Positions 9,191-18,950 are shown, counted from the stretch's first letter. The stretch: 64,000 nt of DNA from an uncultured Gammaproteobacteria bacterium (GCA_964491475.1 CAZBFO010000005.1:64841-128840); one strand, 5' to 3'. The notes: a model not told the origin generated them from the letters alone. A program made the numbers and translations.

Positions 9191-9961
9191 TTACGGCTTG
9201 TACTCCAGCGTGTCGAGCGCCTTGCCGACCGGCAGGTAGAAGGTCGTGCCGCGACCCTCGATGTAGCCGTCCTTCAGGAGCAGCACGCCCACGAGCCTGC
9301 CCTGCAGGTCCACGAACGGACCGCCGGAATCGCCGTGACGGCAGGGGAAGCCGACCTTGGTCAGGCCGTGCTTGTCCGCGAAGTCGGTGTTCGTCTTGAT
9401 CACCTTCCCGTGCGTCCAAAACGAGACGTTGCCGAAGTGCCAGAGGTCCTCTCCCGGCCCGGGTGCATCGCGCCGCACCGTGAACGGCTCCGGGAGCTTT
9501 TCTCCCGCGTCGGTCGGACGGAGCAGGACGATGTCCAGCTCGCGGTTGAAGACGACGATGGACATCGGCACGTCGCGCGGATTGGTCACCACGTTGGCGT
9601 CGTCGTCGATGTGCCTGACGGCCGCGACCACCAGCCTGGCGTCCTCCACCACATGATAGGCGGACAGCACCGTCCCGCGCGCGTCGATGACTTCGCCGGT
9701 GCCGGCGGCGTACTCCATGCCCTTTTCGCGGGTGTACCTGCTGACGTGGATGCGTACCGTCGAATTGAAGGCTTTGCGCACGTACGCCAGCCTGGCCGGG
9801 CATTCTTCCTCGCTGACGTCGTAGCAAGGATCGACGGCCATGACGGCGGCCGGACCGTTTGCCGGCGTGCGACCGGACGAACCGCAGCCTGCGGCGGAGA
9901 GCGACAGCATCGTCGTGAAGGCGGCGATCAGCAGACGATGGGGAGAAATCTTGAGCGTCAT
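9191..9961 (-). CDS. Trypsin-like (S1) serine protease, lipoprotein
   Basis: Lipobox AAGC; catalytic motifs SAYHVV, DIVLL, GDSGGP. Confidence 0.9.
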   Translation of the reverse strand: MTLKISPHRLLIAAFTTMLSLSAAGCGSSGRTPANGPAAVMAVDPCYDVSEEECPARLAYVRKAFNSTVRIHVSRYTREKGMEYAAGTGEVIDARGTVLSAYHVVEDARLVVAAVRHIDDDANVVTNPRDVPMSIVVFNRELDIVLLRPTDAGEKLPEPFTVRRDAPGPGEDLWHFGNVSFWTHGKVIKTNTDFADKHGLTKVGFPCRHGDSGGPFVDLQGRLVGVLLLKDGYIEGRGTTFYLPVGKALDTLEYKP

Positions 9962-10045
9962 GCACTCTTCCCTTTCGTGAAGGAGCTTCCCTCTGCTTAG
10001 CAACAAATTGGCTTTAGGTCAATCCTGCCGTGGTATACTCTCGGC

Positions 10046-11149
10046 ATGAAATCCCTCCCGCAAAAAGACCCCTCACCCAAGCTCCCGGAGCCGCAGGAAG
10101 CCAAAAAAGGGCCCATGCTCCGCTCCGAAGGAGCAGCAGTCGGTGCCGTGGCGCTGGTGTTCGTCGCTTTGGTGGTCGGCCTTTTCTTCATCGAGGTCGT
10201 CAAGCAGAACTTGGGGCTGGAAGAGACGTCGGTGACGCTCGGAGCGACGTTCTCCAAGCCGTACGCCGAAAGCCTCGGCCTGAATTGGAAGAAGACCTAC
10301 ACCGCCACCCTCGACGATCTCGGCGTGCGATACTACCGCATCCCCGCCTATTGGGACGACATCGAGCCGCAGCAGGACCAGTGGAACTTCTCCAACATCG
10401 ACTGGCAGATCGCCGAGGCGTCGAAGCGCCATGCCAAGATCGTCCTGGCAATCGGCCGCAAGCTGCCTCGTTGGCCGGAGTGCCACGCGCCGGCGTGGAC
10501 CGCCGCAATGAAAGAGAGCCTGGTGCAGACCCGCATCCTCACAATGCTCGAGAAAACGGTGAAGCGGTACTCGACCGACCCGGCCATCATCATGTGGCAG
10601 GTCGAGAACGAGCCGTTCTTCCAGTTCGGCAACTGTCCGCCGCCCGACAAGGAATTCCTCAAGCGCGAGGTGGCAGTCGTGCGCGCCCTCGACAAGCGTC
10701 CGATCATGGTGACCGAAAGCGGAGAGCTGTCATCGTGGCTTGGCGCCGCCGGTGTCGCCGACGTCCTCGGCATCAGCACCTACCGCACCGTCTGGGACAA
10801 GTACGTCGGTTACTTCTACTGGCCGATCGCGCCGCGCTATTACGCCCAGCGTTTTGCGGCCATCTCGTCATTCGTGGACCGCGCCATCATCAGCGAGATG
10901 CAGGCCGAGCCGTGGCTTCCCAGCGGCATCGGCTCGCTGTCCGTCGACGAGCAGTTGCGCCTCATGAACCCGACGCGTTTGCAGGAAAACGTCAGTTTCG
11001 CCCGCAAGACGGGCTTCCGCGAGGCCTACCTTTGGGGCGTCGAATGGTGGTATTGGCTCAAGGCCGTGAAAGGCCATCCCGAAATGTGGGATGAGGGCAG
11101 GCGCCAGTTCCACGATCCCGCCGACCTCGCCCAACCGGGTGCCAACTAG
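10046..11149 (+). CDS. Membrane-anchored clan GH-A glycoside hydrolase (GH42/GH5-like)
   Basis: W.DIEP, WQVENEP acid/base motif, ISEMQAEPW nucleophile; one TM helix. Confidence 0.8.
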   Translation: MKSLPQKDPSPKLPEPQEAKKGPMLRSEGAAVGAVALVFVALVVGLFFIEVVKQNLGLEETSVTLGATFSKPYAESLGLNWKKTYTATLDDLGVRYYRIPAYWDDIEPQQDQWNFSNIDWQIAEASKRHAKIVLAIGRKLPRWPECHAPAWTAAMKESLVQTRILTMLEKTVKRYSTDPAIIMWQVENEPFFQFGNCPPPDKEFLKREVAVVRALDKRPIMVTESGELSSWLGAAGVADVLGISTYRTVWDKYVGYFYWPIAPRYYAQRFAAISSFVDRAIISEMQAEPWLPSGIGSLSVDEQLRLMNPTRLQENVSFARKTGFREAYLWGVEWWYWLKAVKGHPEMWDEGRRQFHDPADLAQPGAN

Positions 11150-11218
11150 CCGCCATTGACCCGACGCGCCTTTTTTGCTAGGGTTTCCGCGTCCTTTTGC
11201 AGGAAAGGGAACCACGGA

Positions 11219-11794
11219 ATGCTCTTTAAGGAATGCGTGACTCTCGCCGTTCAGCACGAGCTGACGCAAGGCGCCATCAACGTAGCCGTGCGGAAAGTGC
11301 GCGGCCGGGTCGGTACCAAGGACATCGACACGCATTACGACGCGCGCTTCGCCATGCTCTTCGAGGGTTTTGCGGAAAAGATCGGCGCCATTTCCATGGC
11401 GCCGATCCGCGACGATTTAAGCTGCGTCGGCGCGCGCGAAGATTGGCGTCGATTCTTCGCCGACGACACCGCCAAGCGGCTTCGCGGACGATTCGGACGT
11501 TCGATGGCGGAATGCTTTCCGCTTTTAGCCGCCGCAAATCCGGACATGGGCCTCGACGGCTTCGTCCACATGGCCGCGAGGCAGATATGCCGCGCCACGA
11601 GCGATGCCGCTCCCGCGCCCGGCTACATGCGCGACGCCCTTTGGGGCATCGTGAACGTGACTGCGCAGGTATCGCGCTGCGTCGCCGGCGACCTGGATCC
11701 GATGATCCTCGTCGATCCGTCTAACTTCGCGCCCTTGCGGCGGCCGCCGGTGATCCTCGCCCGGCCTGGTCCGCAACCCATCGACTGCAACTGA
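11219..11794 (+). CDS. Hypothetical protein
   Basis: ORF with coding-like composition, followed by a hairpin. Confidence 0.55.
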   Translation: MLFKECVTLAVQHELTQGAINVAVRKVRGRVGTKDIDTHYDARFAMLFEGFAEKIGAISMAPIRDDLSCVGAREDWRRFFADDTAKRLRGRFGRSMAECFPLLAAANPDMGLDGFVHMAARQICRATSDAAPAPGYMRDALWGIVNVTAQVSRCVAGDLDPMILVDPSNFAPLRRPPVILARPGPQPIDCN

Positions 11795-11864
11795 ACGCCG
11801 CTTTTCCGCCGCGCCCTGCGCGGCGGTTTTGTTTTGCAAAAAACGACCGCGAGAGCGGTCGTCA

Positions 11865-12851
11865 TCAGCCGAAGGTGAAGGCGAAGCATTTTGCTCCGGC
11901 ATCCAGGAATTCCAGCCGGAGCAGGTGCGTACTCATCGGGGCATGCGTGTCGAACAGGTCGTACAGGCGGCCCTCGCCAACCTCGATTACTTGCGGGCCG
12001 CCGACGGGCGGTTTGCCGTCGAGCGTCACCGACACGCGCGCGTTTCCGCCTCTCGGCCCCTCCATTACCAGGTGTCCCGTGGAGGCGCTTACTTTGTAGA
12101 CGATCACGGCGCCCGGCTCTTCGGGAGTCGCATAACCGTCATGAACGCTCCAGAGACCTTCCAGGTAATAGATGTGCGGAGAAGGTTCCCGGGCCGCGCT
12201 GTAACGCCGGGGCTGATCCTTGCGCACGGATTCCGGAGAACCGAGATACTCCGAACGTTCAAAGCCGAGATACGTTTCGGGCGTGCCCACGTGCAGGAGT
12301 TCGGCGGACGAGGGGACGTTATTCGCGTCGCCGGTCGCGGGGGAGCGTCCGGCCTCTGCCAGGAGAGCGCGGATCACCGCCTCGGCGTCTTCGTAGCCGC
12401 CCTCGCCGAAGTGGTGGTAGCGGACGTTGCCTTCGGCGTCGACGAAGTAGTCGGCCGGCCAATAGCGGTTCTTGTAGGCGTTCCAGGTGGCGAAGTCGGG
12501 GTCGAGCGCTACCGGAAAGGTTATCCCGAACCGTTCGACCGCCGCCCGCACGTTTGTCGGATCTTTTTCGAAATCGAATTCCGGCGTGTGCACGCCGATG
12601 ACGGTAAGGCCAGAGTCGCCGTACTTTTCGTGCCACATCTTCACCGCAGGTATCGTGCGCACGCAATTGACGCACGAGTACGTCCAGAAGTGCACCAGCA
12701 CCACGCGGCCGCGCAGAGACCGCAGCGTCAGCGGCTCGGCGTTGATCCAGCCGGCAATGCCGCGCAGTTCGGGCGCCACGCCCTCGTTGGCGAGGCTCTG
12801 CGCGTCGACGGGCGCGGGCTTTCGGTGGAAGAAGCGGTCAAAGACGGACAT
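11865..12851 (-). CDS. DipZ-like redoxin (thioredoxin domain plus C-terminal domain; no CcdA part)
   Basis: FWTYSCVNC, GVHTPEF, NRYWPA, GEGGY, TPETYLG, FTFG. Confidence 0.9.
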   Translation of the reverse strand: MSVFDRFFHRKPAPVDAQSLANEGVAPELRGIAGWINAEPLTLRSLRGRVVLVHFWTYSCVNCVRTIPAVKMWHEKYGDSGLTVIGVHTPEFDFEKDPTNVRAAVERFGITFPVALDPDFATWNAYKNRYWPADYFVDAEGNVRYHHFGEGGYEDAEAVIRALLAEAGRSPATGDANNVPSSAELLHVGTPETYLGFERSEYLGSPESVRKDQPRRYSAAREPSPHIYYLEGLWSVHDGYATPEEPGAVIVYKVSASTGHLVMEGPRGGNARVSVTLDGKPPVGGPQVIEVGEGRLYDLFDTHAPMSTHLLRLEFLDAGAKCFAFTFG

Positions 12852-12869
12852 GGGTAATCGTTGTCAGCG

Positions 12870-14126
12870 CTAGGAGGCCAGCATTGAACCGTTGATGCTC
12901 TTGATGAGGCGCACTTTGAGGATGCGCCCTCGGTTGACCTGTTCCACCACGGCCATGATGCCGTCGCCGATGGTCACGGGTTGCCCCTGTTTGGGGATTT
13001 TCCCTGCCCGCGAGCGCACCAGGCGTCCGATGGTGCGGAAGTCGCCCGCCTCGATGCGGACGTTGAAGAAGCGGTTGATGTCGGGGATGTCGGTATCGCC
13101 GTGGACCAGCACGGTGTGCTTGTCCACGCGCTTGATGACGTACTCGTCGACGTCGGACTCGTCGCTGATTTCGCCCACAAGCTCCTCGAGCAGGTCCTCG
13201 AGCGTCACGAGGCCCACGACCACCTTGTTCTCATTGATGACGATGGCAAGGTGGACGCGTTTGCGTTTGAACTCGCGGAACAGGTCGTCGATCAGCGCCG
13301 TTTCCGCCACGAAGACGGGATCCGACATGAAGTCACGCACCTTCAGCGAAGCGAGCGCTCCCGGTTCCGAGACGCGCGAGAGCAGGTCCTTGATGTGCAC
13401 CACGCCGACCACGGCGTCCCGCGCGCCCTCGTGGACGGGGTAGCGAGAGAACTTCTGGCTGTTGATGGCGGTCAGCGCTTCCCCGAGCGGCTTGTCCGCA
13501 TCGAGCGATACCATGATCTCCTTCGGCGTCAGGACGTCGCTGGCAGTGATGTCGTTGAACAGGAACACGCGTTCGATAAGTTCCTTTTCGCCGCTCTCGA
13601 CCGCGCCGGTAGAGACGCCCATGCGGGTCATGGTGCGAATTTCCTCTTCGGTGACCAACGTGCCCGTGGCTCCGGACGGGACGAACAGCGAGGCGAGCTT
13701 GTCGAGCCCCGACACGACGGGGCCGAGAACGAACGTCAGGAAAAGCACCGGTCGGGCCGCGGCCAGAGCCCATTTTTCGGATGCGTGCGCCGCATGCGAC
13801 TTAGGGATGAGGTTCACGAAAATAAGCACGATCACCGTCATCAATCCCGTTTCGAGCGCCACGGCGTAGTTGCCCGAAAGGTCATGGGCAATGAGCGTGG
13901 CCAGCGAAGCCGCTCCGATGTCGCAAACGGTCTGTCCCAGCAGCAGCGTCCCTAGCAGCCGGCGGACGTTGCCCTTGAGCCTGCCGACGATTGCCGCGGC
14001 ATGGTTGCCGTTCTTGGTCAGGGTGTGGATGCGGATGTCGCTGACCGAAAAAAGCGCGGTTTCGGCGCCCTCAAAACCGGCAGAAACGCAGAGCAGGAGA
14101 AAAACGGCGATGAGTGACCAAAGCAT
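12870..14126 (-). CDS. CNNM/DUF21-CBS-CorC (hemolysin family) membrane protein
   Basis: ETALFS, IPKS, FSRYPV, GLVTLEDLLEELVGEI. Confidence 0.92.
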   Translation of the reverse strand: MLWSLIAVFLLLCVSAGFEGAETALFSVSDIRIHTLTKNGNHAAAIVGRLKGNVRRLLGTLLLGQTVCDIGAASLATLIAHDLSGNYAVALETGLMTVIVLIFVNLIPKSHAAHASEKWALAAARPVLFLTFVLGPVVSGLDKLASLFVPSGATGTLVTEEEIRTMTRMGVSTGAVESGEKELIERVFLFNDITASDVLTPKEIMVSLDADKPLGEALTAINSQKFSRYPVHEGARDAVVGVVHIKDLLSRVSEPGALASLKVRDFMSDPVFVAETALIDDLFREFKRKRVHLAIVINENKVVVGLVTLEDLLEELVGEISDESDVDEYVIKRVDKHTVLVHGDTDIPDINRFFNVRIEAGDFRTIGRLVRSRAGKIPKQGQPVTIGDGIMAVVEQVNRGRILKVRLIKSINGSMLAS

Positions 14127-14132
14127 AGGGAA

Positions 14133-15575
14133 TCAGGCTTTCGCGACAGGTGCCGCAGGAGCCTGAACCGCGTTGCCGCTGGCGACGGGGAACAGCACGC
14201 TCATCTGCGTGCCGACGCGCTCGATGGAGTCGCAGAAAATCTTGCCGCGCATGAGCTCGACGATCTGCTTGGTGATCCAGAGGCCGAGGCCTGTGCCCGG
14301 AATGGTGGCGGTATCCGAGGTCTTCACGCGGTAGAACTTCTGGAACAGCTTCTCGCGCGCCTCGGAAGACATGCCGAGGCCGGTGTCCATCACGCGCACT
14401 TCGACCATGTTGCCCTCCTTGAGCTCGGCCGTGACGGTGACGCTGCCCGCCGGCGTGTACTTGATGGCATTGGAGCACAGGTTGATCAGCACCTGCTTGA
14501 GGCGCGACTTGTCGGCGGAGATGCGGGGGAGTTCGGCGACCGGCTTGCGGAACTCGAACGCCAGGCTCTTCTTGTCGGCCTCGTTCTTGAGCAGCTTGAC
14601 CACTTCCTCGACCAGGGGCTCGATCGGCAGCAGCTCCATGTCCATCTTCATGCGGCCCTGTTCCAGGCGCGACACCTCCAGCAGGTCGTCCACGAGCACG
14701 CTAAGGTGCGTGGAAATGGCCATGGTGGTGTTCATCACTTCGCGCGGTTTGGCATCGAGTTTTCCGAAGGCATCGTCCAGAAACAGCGAAATGTAGCCGC
14801 GAATGGCGGCGATCGGGGCGCGCAGTTCGTGCGAGGCCATCGAGATGAAGTCGTCCTTCATCTGATCGACTTCCTGCAGGCGCTTGTAGAGCGAGGCGTA
14901 TTGGAACAGGCGCGTGTTAGTGGCCAAAATCAGGATGACCACCAGCACCGTGATGAGCAGCCACACGTACGACCAGAACAGGTTGCTGCGCACCAGATTG
15001 TCGATTTGCGCCAGCGAGATCTTGAGCGAGAGCAGCAGGGCGGTGCCGCCTTTGGCGTCCTTGAGCGGCATCACCACGCCCCAAAAGCGCTCGTCGCTGC
15101 GGGCTTCCTCGGGGGTCAGTTGCTGGTCGATGGCTGCAGAGCGCGCCGACTTGGTGAGGTAGGCGATGGCCTGGCCGTTGTAGGAGGCCAGCATGTTCTG
15201 CGTGCCGTGCGCCGAGTGGCCGATGCCGTCCTTGTAGAGGCTGGCGATGACGGTGAAGTCCTTGCCGTCGTACTTGAGCACGTCCATGCTTCGCACTTCC
15301 GGAAGGATCGCGGAGATTTCCTCGACGCGGGCCTGAAGCTTGTCGGCATCGTCCAGCCGGTCCATGCTGGTGACGTTGAACATCTTGCCGATGATCAGCG
15401 AGGTTCGCTGCAGTTCGGCGTCCACGGTGGTGCGAAAACGGTTCACCACGAAAAGGGTGTTCAGTACGATGGTGATGGGCACGAGCACGATGAGCAAAAC
15501 CGCATAGAAGATCTGCCAGTTCTTCTTGAGGAACATCGCGCTGGCGCCTATTTTCGCAGGTGCTGCCGAGGGCAT
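14133..15575 (-). CDS. Membrane-bound sensor histidine kinase
   Basis: Two TMs flanking an extracytoplasmic domain; ASHELRAP H-box, NAIKY, DTGLG, GTGLGL. Confidence 0.92.
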   Translation of the reverse strand: MPSAAPAKIGASAMFLKKNWQIFYAVLLIVLVPITIVLNTLFVVNRFRTTVDAELQRTSLIIGKMFNVTSMDRLDDADKLQARVEEISAILPEVRSMDVLKYDGKDFTVIASLYKDGIGHSAHGTQNMLASYNGQAIAYLTKSARSAAIDQQLTPEEARSDERFWGVVMPLKDAKGGTALLLSLKISLAQIDNLVRSNLFWSYVWLLITVLVVILILATNTRLFQYASLYKRLQEVDQMKDDFISMASHELRAPIAAIRGYISLFLDDAFGKLDAKPREVMNTTMAISTHLSVLVDDLLEVSRLEQGRMKMDMELLPIEPLVEEVVKLLKNEADKKSLAFEFRKPVAELPRISADKSRLKQVLINLCSNAIKYTPAGSVTVTAELKEGNMVEVRVMDTGLGMSSEAREKLFQKFYRVKTSDTATIPGTGLGLWITKQIVELMRGKIFCDSIERVGTQMSVLFPVASGNAVQAPAAPVAKA

Positions 15576-15682
15576 ATACGCTGGGAAGTATAGCACTTTT
15601 TCGGCCGGCCAACAAGCAGAAGAGGGTCGGTTTGAGGGGTGTTTTTCTTGTCTAGTTGGCGATTTTTTGCTATAATGCTCCC

Positions 15683-17170
15683 ATGCGCGTTACTCGACAC
15701 CCCATCGACAAGATCAAGACCGGCATCTCCGGTTTCGACGATTTGTCCGAAGGAGGCCTGGCCAAGGGCCGGGCAGCAGTCATTTCGGGCACCGCCGGTT
15801 CCGGAAAGACCCTTTTCGGCATGGAGTTCCTGTATCGCGGAGTCACCGAATTCAAGGAAAACGGGGTGTTCGTGACCTTCGAGGAGCGCCGTTCCGACCT
15901 CCGTAAGGACGTTCAGAGCTTCGGTTGGAACTTTGACGCCCTCGAAAAGCAGGGCAAAGTCGCCTTTGTCGATGCCAGCGGCGTGGCCGAGCATCAGGTC
16001 GAGGTAGGTGAGTACGATTTGGGCGCGCTCATTTCCCGCATTCGTTTTGCCGTCCACAAAGTGAAAGCCAAGCGCGTGGTGATCGACTCGGTCGCCGCGC
16101 TTTTTTTGCGCTACAACGACCAGACGGTGGTGCGCCGCGAGCTGTTCAAGATCATCGACGTGCTGCGCAAGCTGAACGTCACTACCGTCATCACTGCCGA
16201 ACGCGTTCGTGACGAAGACGCCACCTCGCGCTTCGGCGTGGAGGACTTCGTGGTCGACTGCGTGATCAGCCTCTACAACACCTCGGTCGGTCGCGAGCGC
16301 GAGCGCCAGATCGAAATCACCAAGCAGCGCGGCGCCAGTTACCAGACCGGCAAGCATCCGTTCCTGATCAGCTCCTCCGGCATCACGGTGTTCCCCAACG
16401 TGGTCTTCGCGCCGCCGGAAGGCACCAAGGCCGTGCGCATCTCCACCGGCGTGGAGGGCATCGATGCCATGACCGACGGCGGCGTCTATCGCGGATCGAC
16501 CACCTTGCTCATGGGCCCTTCGGGCACCGGACGCACCGTGCTCGGCCTGCATTTCCTGGCCGAAGGCGCGCGTGCCCGCGAACGCGGCCTGCTGATTTCG
16601 TTCGAAGAGGCCGCCTCGCAGCTGGTGGCGGATGCCGAATCCCTCGGCTGGAACTTCGGCAAGATGGAAAAGGAAAAGCGCCTGCGCGTCATCGCCCTGC
16701 AGCCGGAAGGCATGCCCATCGAGTCGTACCTCAAGAAGATCCGCACCATGGTCACCGATTTCGGGGCCAAGCGCGTGGTCATCGACAGCCTTACGCCGAT
16801 CGCGCGCATCGTCGACGAGCAGCGCTTCCGCCGTTTCGTCGTCGCGCTGAACGCGTACTTCAAGAAGCAGAACGTCACGGCGATCATCAACTACACCACG
16901 GACGGTGACAGCCTCAAGGATCATTCCGCGGAGTCGGACCTTGCCGTGGTCGCAGACAACATCTTCGTCATGCGCATCGTCGAGTCGGCGCACAGCATCG
17001 ACCGCGAGATGATCATCACCAAGTCGCGCGCCTCGGCCCACGAACCGATGCCTCGCCGCTACCGCATCACTGCGGAAGGCATGCGCGTCATCGCCGAGGA
17101 CGAGGGCGGCATCGCGACGAAAAAGGCGATCAAAAAGCCCGCAAAACGGGGCAAATCTCGCAAATCCTGA
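15683..17170 (+). CDS. kaiC: Double-domain KaiC-family ATPase
   Basis: Two RecA-like domains: GTAGSGKT/FEE/RVVIDS/KQRG and GPSGTGRT/FEE/RVVIDS/KSRA; linker RISTGVEGIDAM. Confidence 0.92.
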   Translation: MRVTRHPIDKIKTGISGFDDLSEGGLAKGRAAVISGTAGSGKTLFGMEFLYRGVTEFKENGVFVTFEERRSDLRKDVQSFGWNFDALEKQGKVAFVDASGVAEHQVEVGEYDLGALISRIRFAVHKVKAKRVVIDSVAALFLRYNDQTVVRRELFKIIDVLRKLNVTTVITAERVRDEDATSRFGVEDFVVDCVISLYNTSVGRERERQIEITKQRGASYQTGKHPFLISSSGITVFPNVVFAPPEGTKAVRISTGVEGIDAMTDGGVYRGSTTLLMGPSGTGRTVLGLHFLAEGARARERGLLISFEEAASQLVADAESLGWNFGKMEKEKRLRVIALQPEGMPIESYLKKIRTMVTDFGAKRVVIDSLTPIARIVDEQRFRRFVVALNAYFKKQNVTAIINYTTDGDSLKDHSAESDLAVVADNIFVMRIVESAHSIDREMIITKSRASAHEPMPRRYRITAEGMRVIAEDEGGIATKKAIKKPAKRGKSRKS

Positions 17171-17173
17171 CGT

Positions 17174-17473
17174 ATGGAAAACGTCATCCTGCTGTTCATC
17201 TCCAAAGAGTCGGCCACCTACCACTACACTCGTAGGCAGGTTGAGGCCGCCTGCGCCGGGGTGTCCGGCAAGCCGACGGTGAAAGTCATCGACATCGCGG
17301 AACAGCCGGAGATGGCCGAGAAGTACAACATCGAGGCGCTGCCGACGGTGGTCATCGGCAGCCGCCGCTACGTCGGCACCGCCACTTCCGAAGTGCTCTC
17401 CTCCTGCATGGGGCTCAACAAGACCGGATCGGCCGGCGCCGCGGCTGCAAAGAAGGCTGATCAGAAACGCTGA
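17174..17473 (+). CDS. KaiB-like thioredoxin-fold protein
   Basis: VIDIAEQPEMAEKYNIEALPTVV resembles KaiB VIDV..NPQLAE...ATPTL; no CxxC; 3 nt after kaiC. Confidence 0.72.
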   Translation: MENVILLFISKESATYHYTRRQVEAACAGVSGKPTVKVIDIAEQPEMAEKYNIEALPTVVIGSRRYVGTATSEVLSSCMGLNKTGSAGAAAAKKADQKR

Positions 17474-17478
17474 ACCGT

Positions 17479-18915
17479 ATGCAGCACTACGCCATCAGTC
17501 CCGATGACGCCGCTGCCCTCCGTTTTGGCATCGAGGATCTTCCCGAGGCCGCCTTCGTCGTGGACGCGCAGCACAACGTCCTTTCCATCAACGCCGCCGC
17601 GCTCAAGCTCATCGGCTTTTCGCGCGAGGAGGTGGTGGGTTGGTCGTTGGAAAAACTTTTCCCGCGCCAGCCGAAGGGCTTCTCGCAGCTGTTCACGGGC
17701 ACCGGCGGCACCGCCAAGTTCGAAATCCGCATGAACACCAAGTCCGGTACGCCGGCATTCATGAGCTTCATGGCCATGCCGGTCCGCAAGGACGGCAAAG
17801 TGGTGGCGGTGACCTATCTTGGACGCGACGTGCGCCTGCGCAAGCTGGTGGAAGGCGAAATTCGCAAGGCTCGCGATTACTTCCGCGCCATCATTCAGGA
17901 TGCGCCGAACGGCATCTGCATCACCGACATGGATCGCAACGTGGTGATGATGAACGGCGTGGCCGAAGACCTTACCGGTCACTCCGCGAACGACATCATC
18001 GGCACGCCGGTGACGGCGTTTTACCCGGCGGACGACGGAGCCAGAAAAATCGACATCGCCAAGCTGCGAAGCGGCGAAAAAATTTCGCGCGAGGTCGAGC
18101 TGACGCATCGCGACGGTTCGACGACGCCTGCGCTGGTCCTTTACCGCCTGCTGGAAGACGAGCACGGCGAGCAGATGATCATCGAATCCTACAGCGACCT
18201 CTCCGATCGCAAGCGGTTGGACCGCCTGCGCAACGAGTTCGTGTTCATCGCCGCGCACGAGCTTCGCAACCCCGTCAGCGCCATTCGCCTGCTTTTGAAC
18301 ATCATCTACGAGGACAAGCGCGTGGGCATCGATCCCGTGATGCGCGGCTACCTTCTCAAGATCCAGGAGGCTGACGACCGCCTGCTGCAGCTGGTCGATG
18401 ACCTGCTGGAAGTCTCCCGAAACGAATCGGGACGCCTCAAAATCGTGGTTTCTCCGCAGAACGTGGCGGATCACGTCGAGGCCATCTTCAGCGAACTGCG
18501 CCCGACGGCGCTGACCAAGGAGGTCCAGCTGACCTACGAACCGCTGCACTCCATGCCGATGGTATTGGCCGACCCCAGCAAGCTCAAGGAAATCATCGCC
18601 AACCTCGTTTCCAACGGCATCAAGTACAACAGCGTCGGCGGCAAATTGGCCGTGCGGCACGCCCTCAAGGCAGGGCAGCTTGAGACGAGCGTGGCCGACA
18701 ACGGCATCGGCATTTCCGAAGACGACCACGGCAAGCTGTTCGAGAAATTCTGGCGCTCCGAAGACAGGGCCGTGCGCGCACAGGCGGGAACCGGCCTCGG
18801 GCTCTACATCGTCAAAGAACTGGTGGAGCGCATGGGCGGCCACATCACGGTGAAGTCTTCGCGCGGCAAAGGGACGACATTCGCCTTCACGCTGCCGTTG
18901 GCCGAGAAGAAATAG
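17479..18915 (+). CDS. Cytoplasmic PAS-PAS histidine kinase
   Basis: Two PAS folds, AAHELRNP H-box, NGIKY, DNGIG, GTGLGL. Confidence 0.92.
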   Translation: MQHYAISPDDAAALRFGIEDLPEAAFVVDAQHNVLSINAAALKLIGFSREEVVGWSLEKLFPRQPKGFSQLFTGTGGTAKFEIRMNTKSGTPAFMSFMAMPVRKDGKVVAVTYLGRDVRLRKLVEGEIRKARDYFRAIIQDAPNGICITDMDRNVVMMNGVAEDLTGHSANDIIGTPVTAFYPADDGARKIDIAKLRSGEKISREVELTHRDGSTTPALVLYRLLEDEHGEQMIIESYSDLSDRKRLDRLRNEFVFIAAHELRNPVSAIRLLLNIIYEDKRVGIDPVMRGYLLKIQEADDRLLQLVDDLLEVSRNESGRLKIVVSPQNVADHVEAIFSELRPTALTKEVQLTYEPLHSMPMVLADPSKLKEIIANLVSNGIKYNSVGGKLAVRHALKAGQLETSVADNGIGISEDDHGKLFEKFWRSEDRAVRAQAGTGLGLYIVKELVERMGGHITVKSSRGKGTTFAFTLPLAEKK

Positions 18916-18950
18916 CCTAGCGAAAAACCGGGCGCATGCCCGGTTTTTGA

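Noticed and set aside
15683-17473. A true circadian clock
   Set aside because: No kaiA in the window, phosphosite equivalents absent and CII Walker A altered
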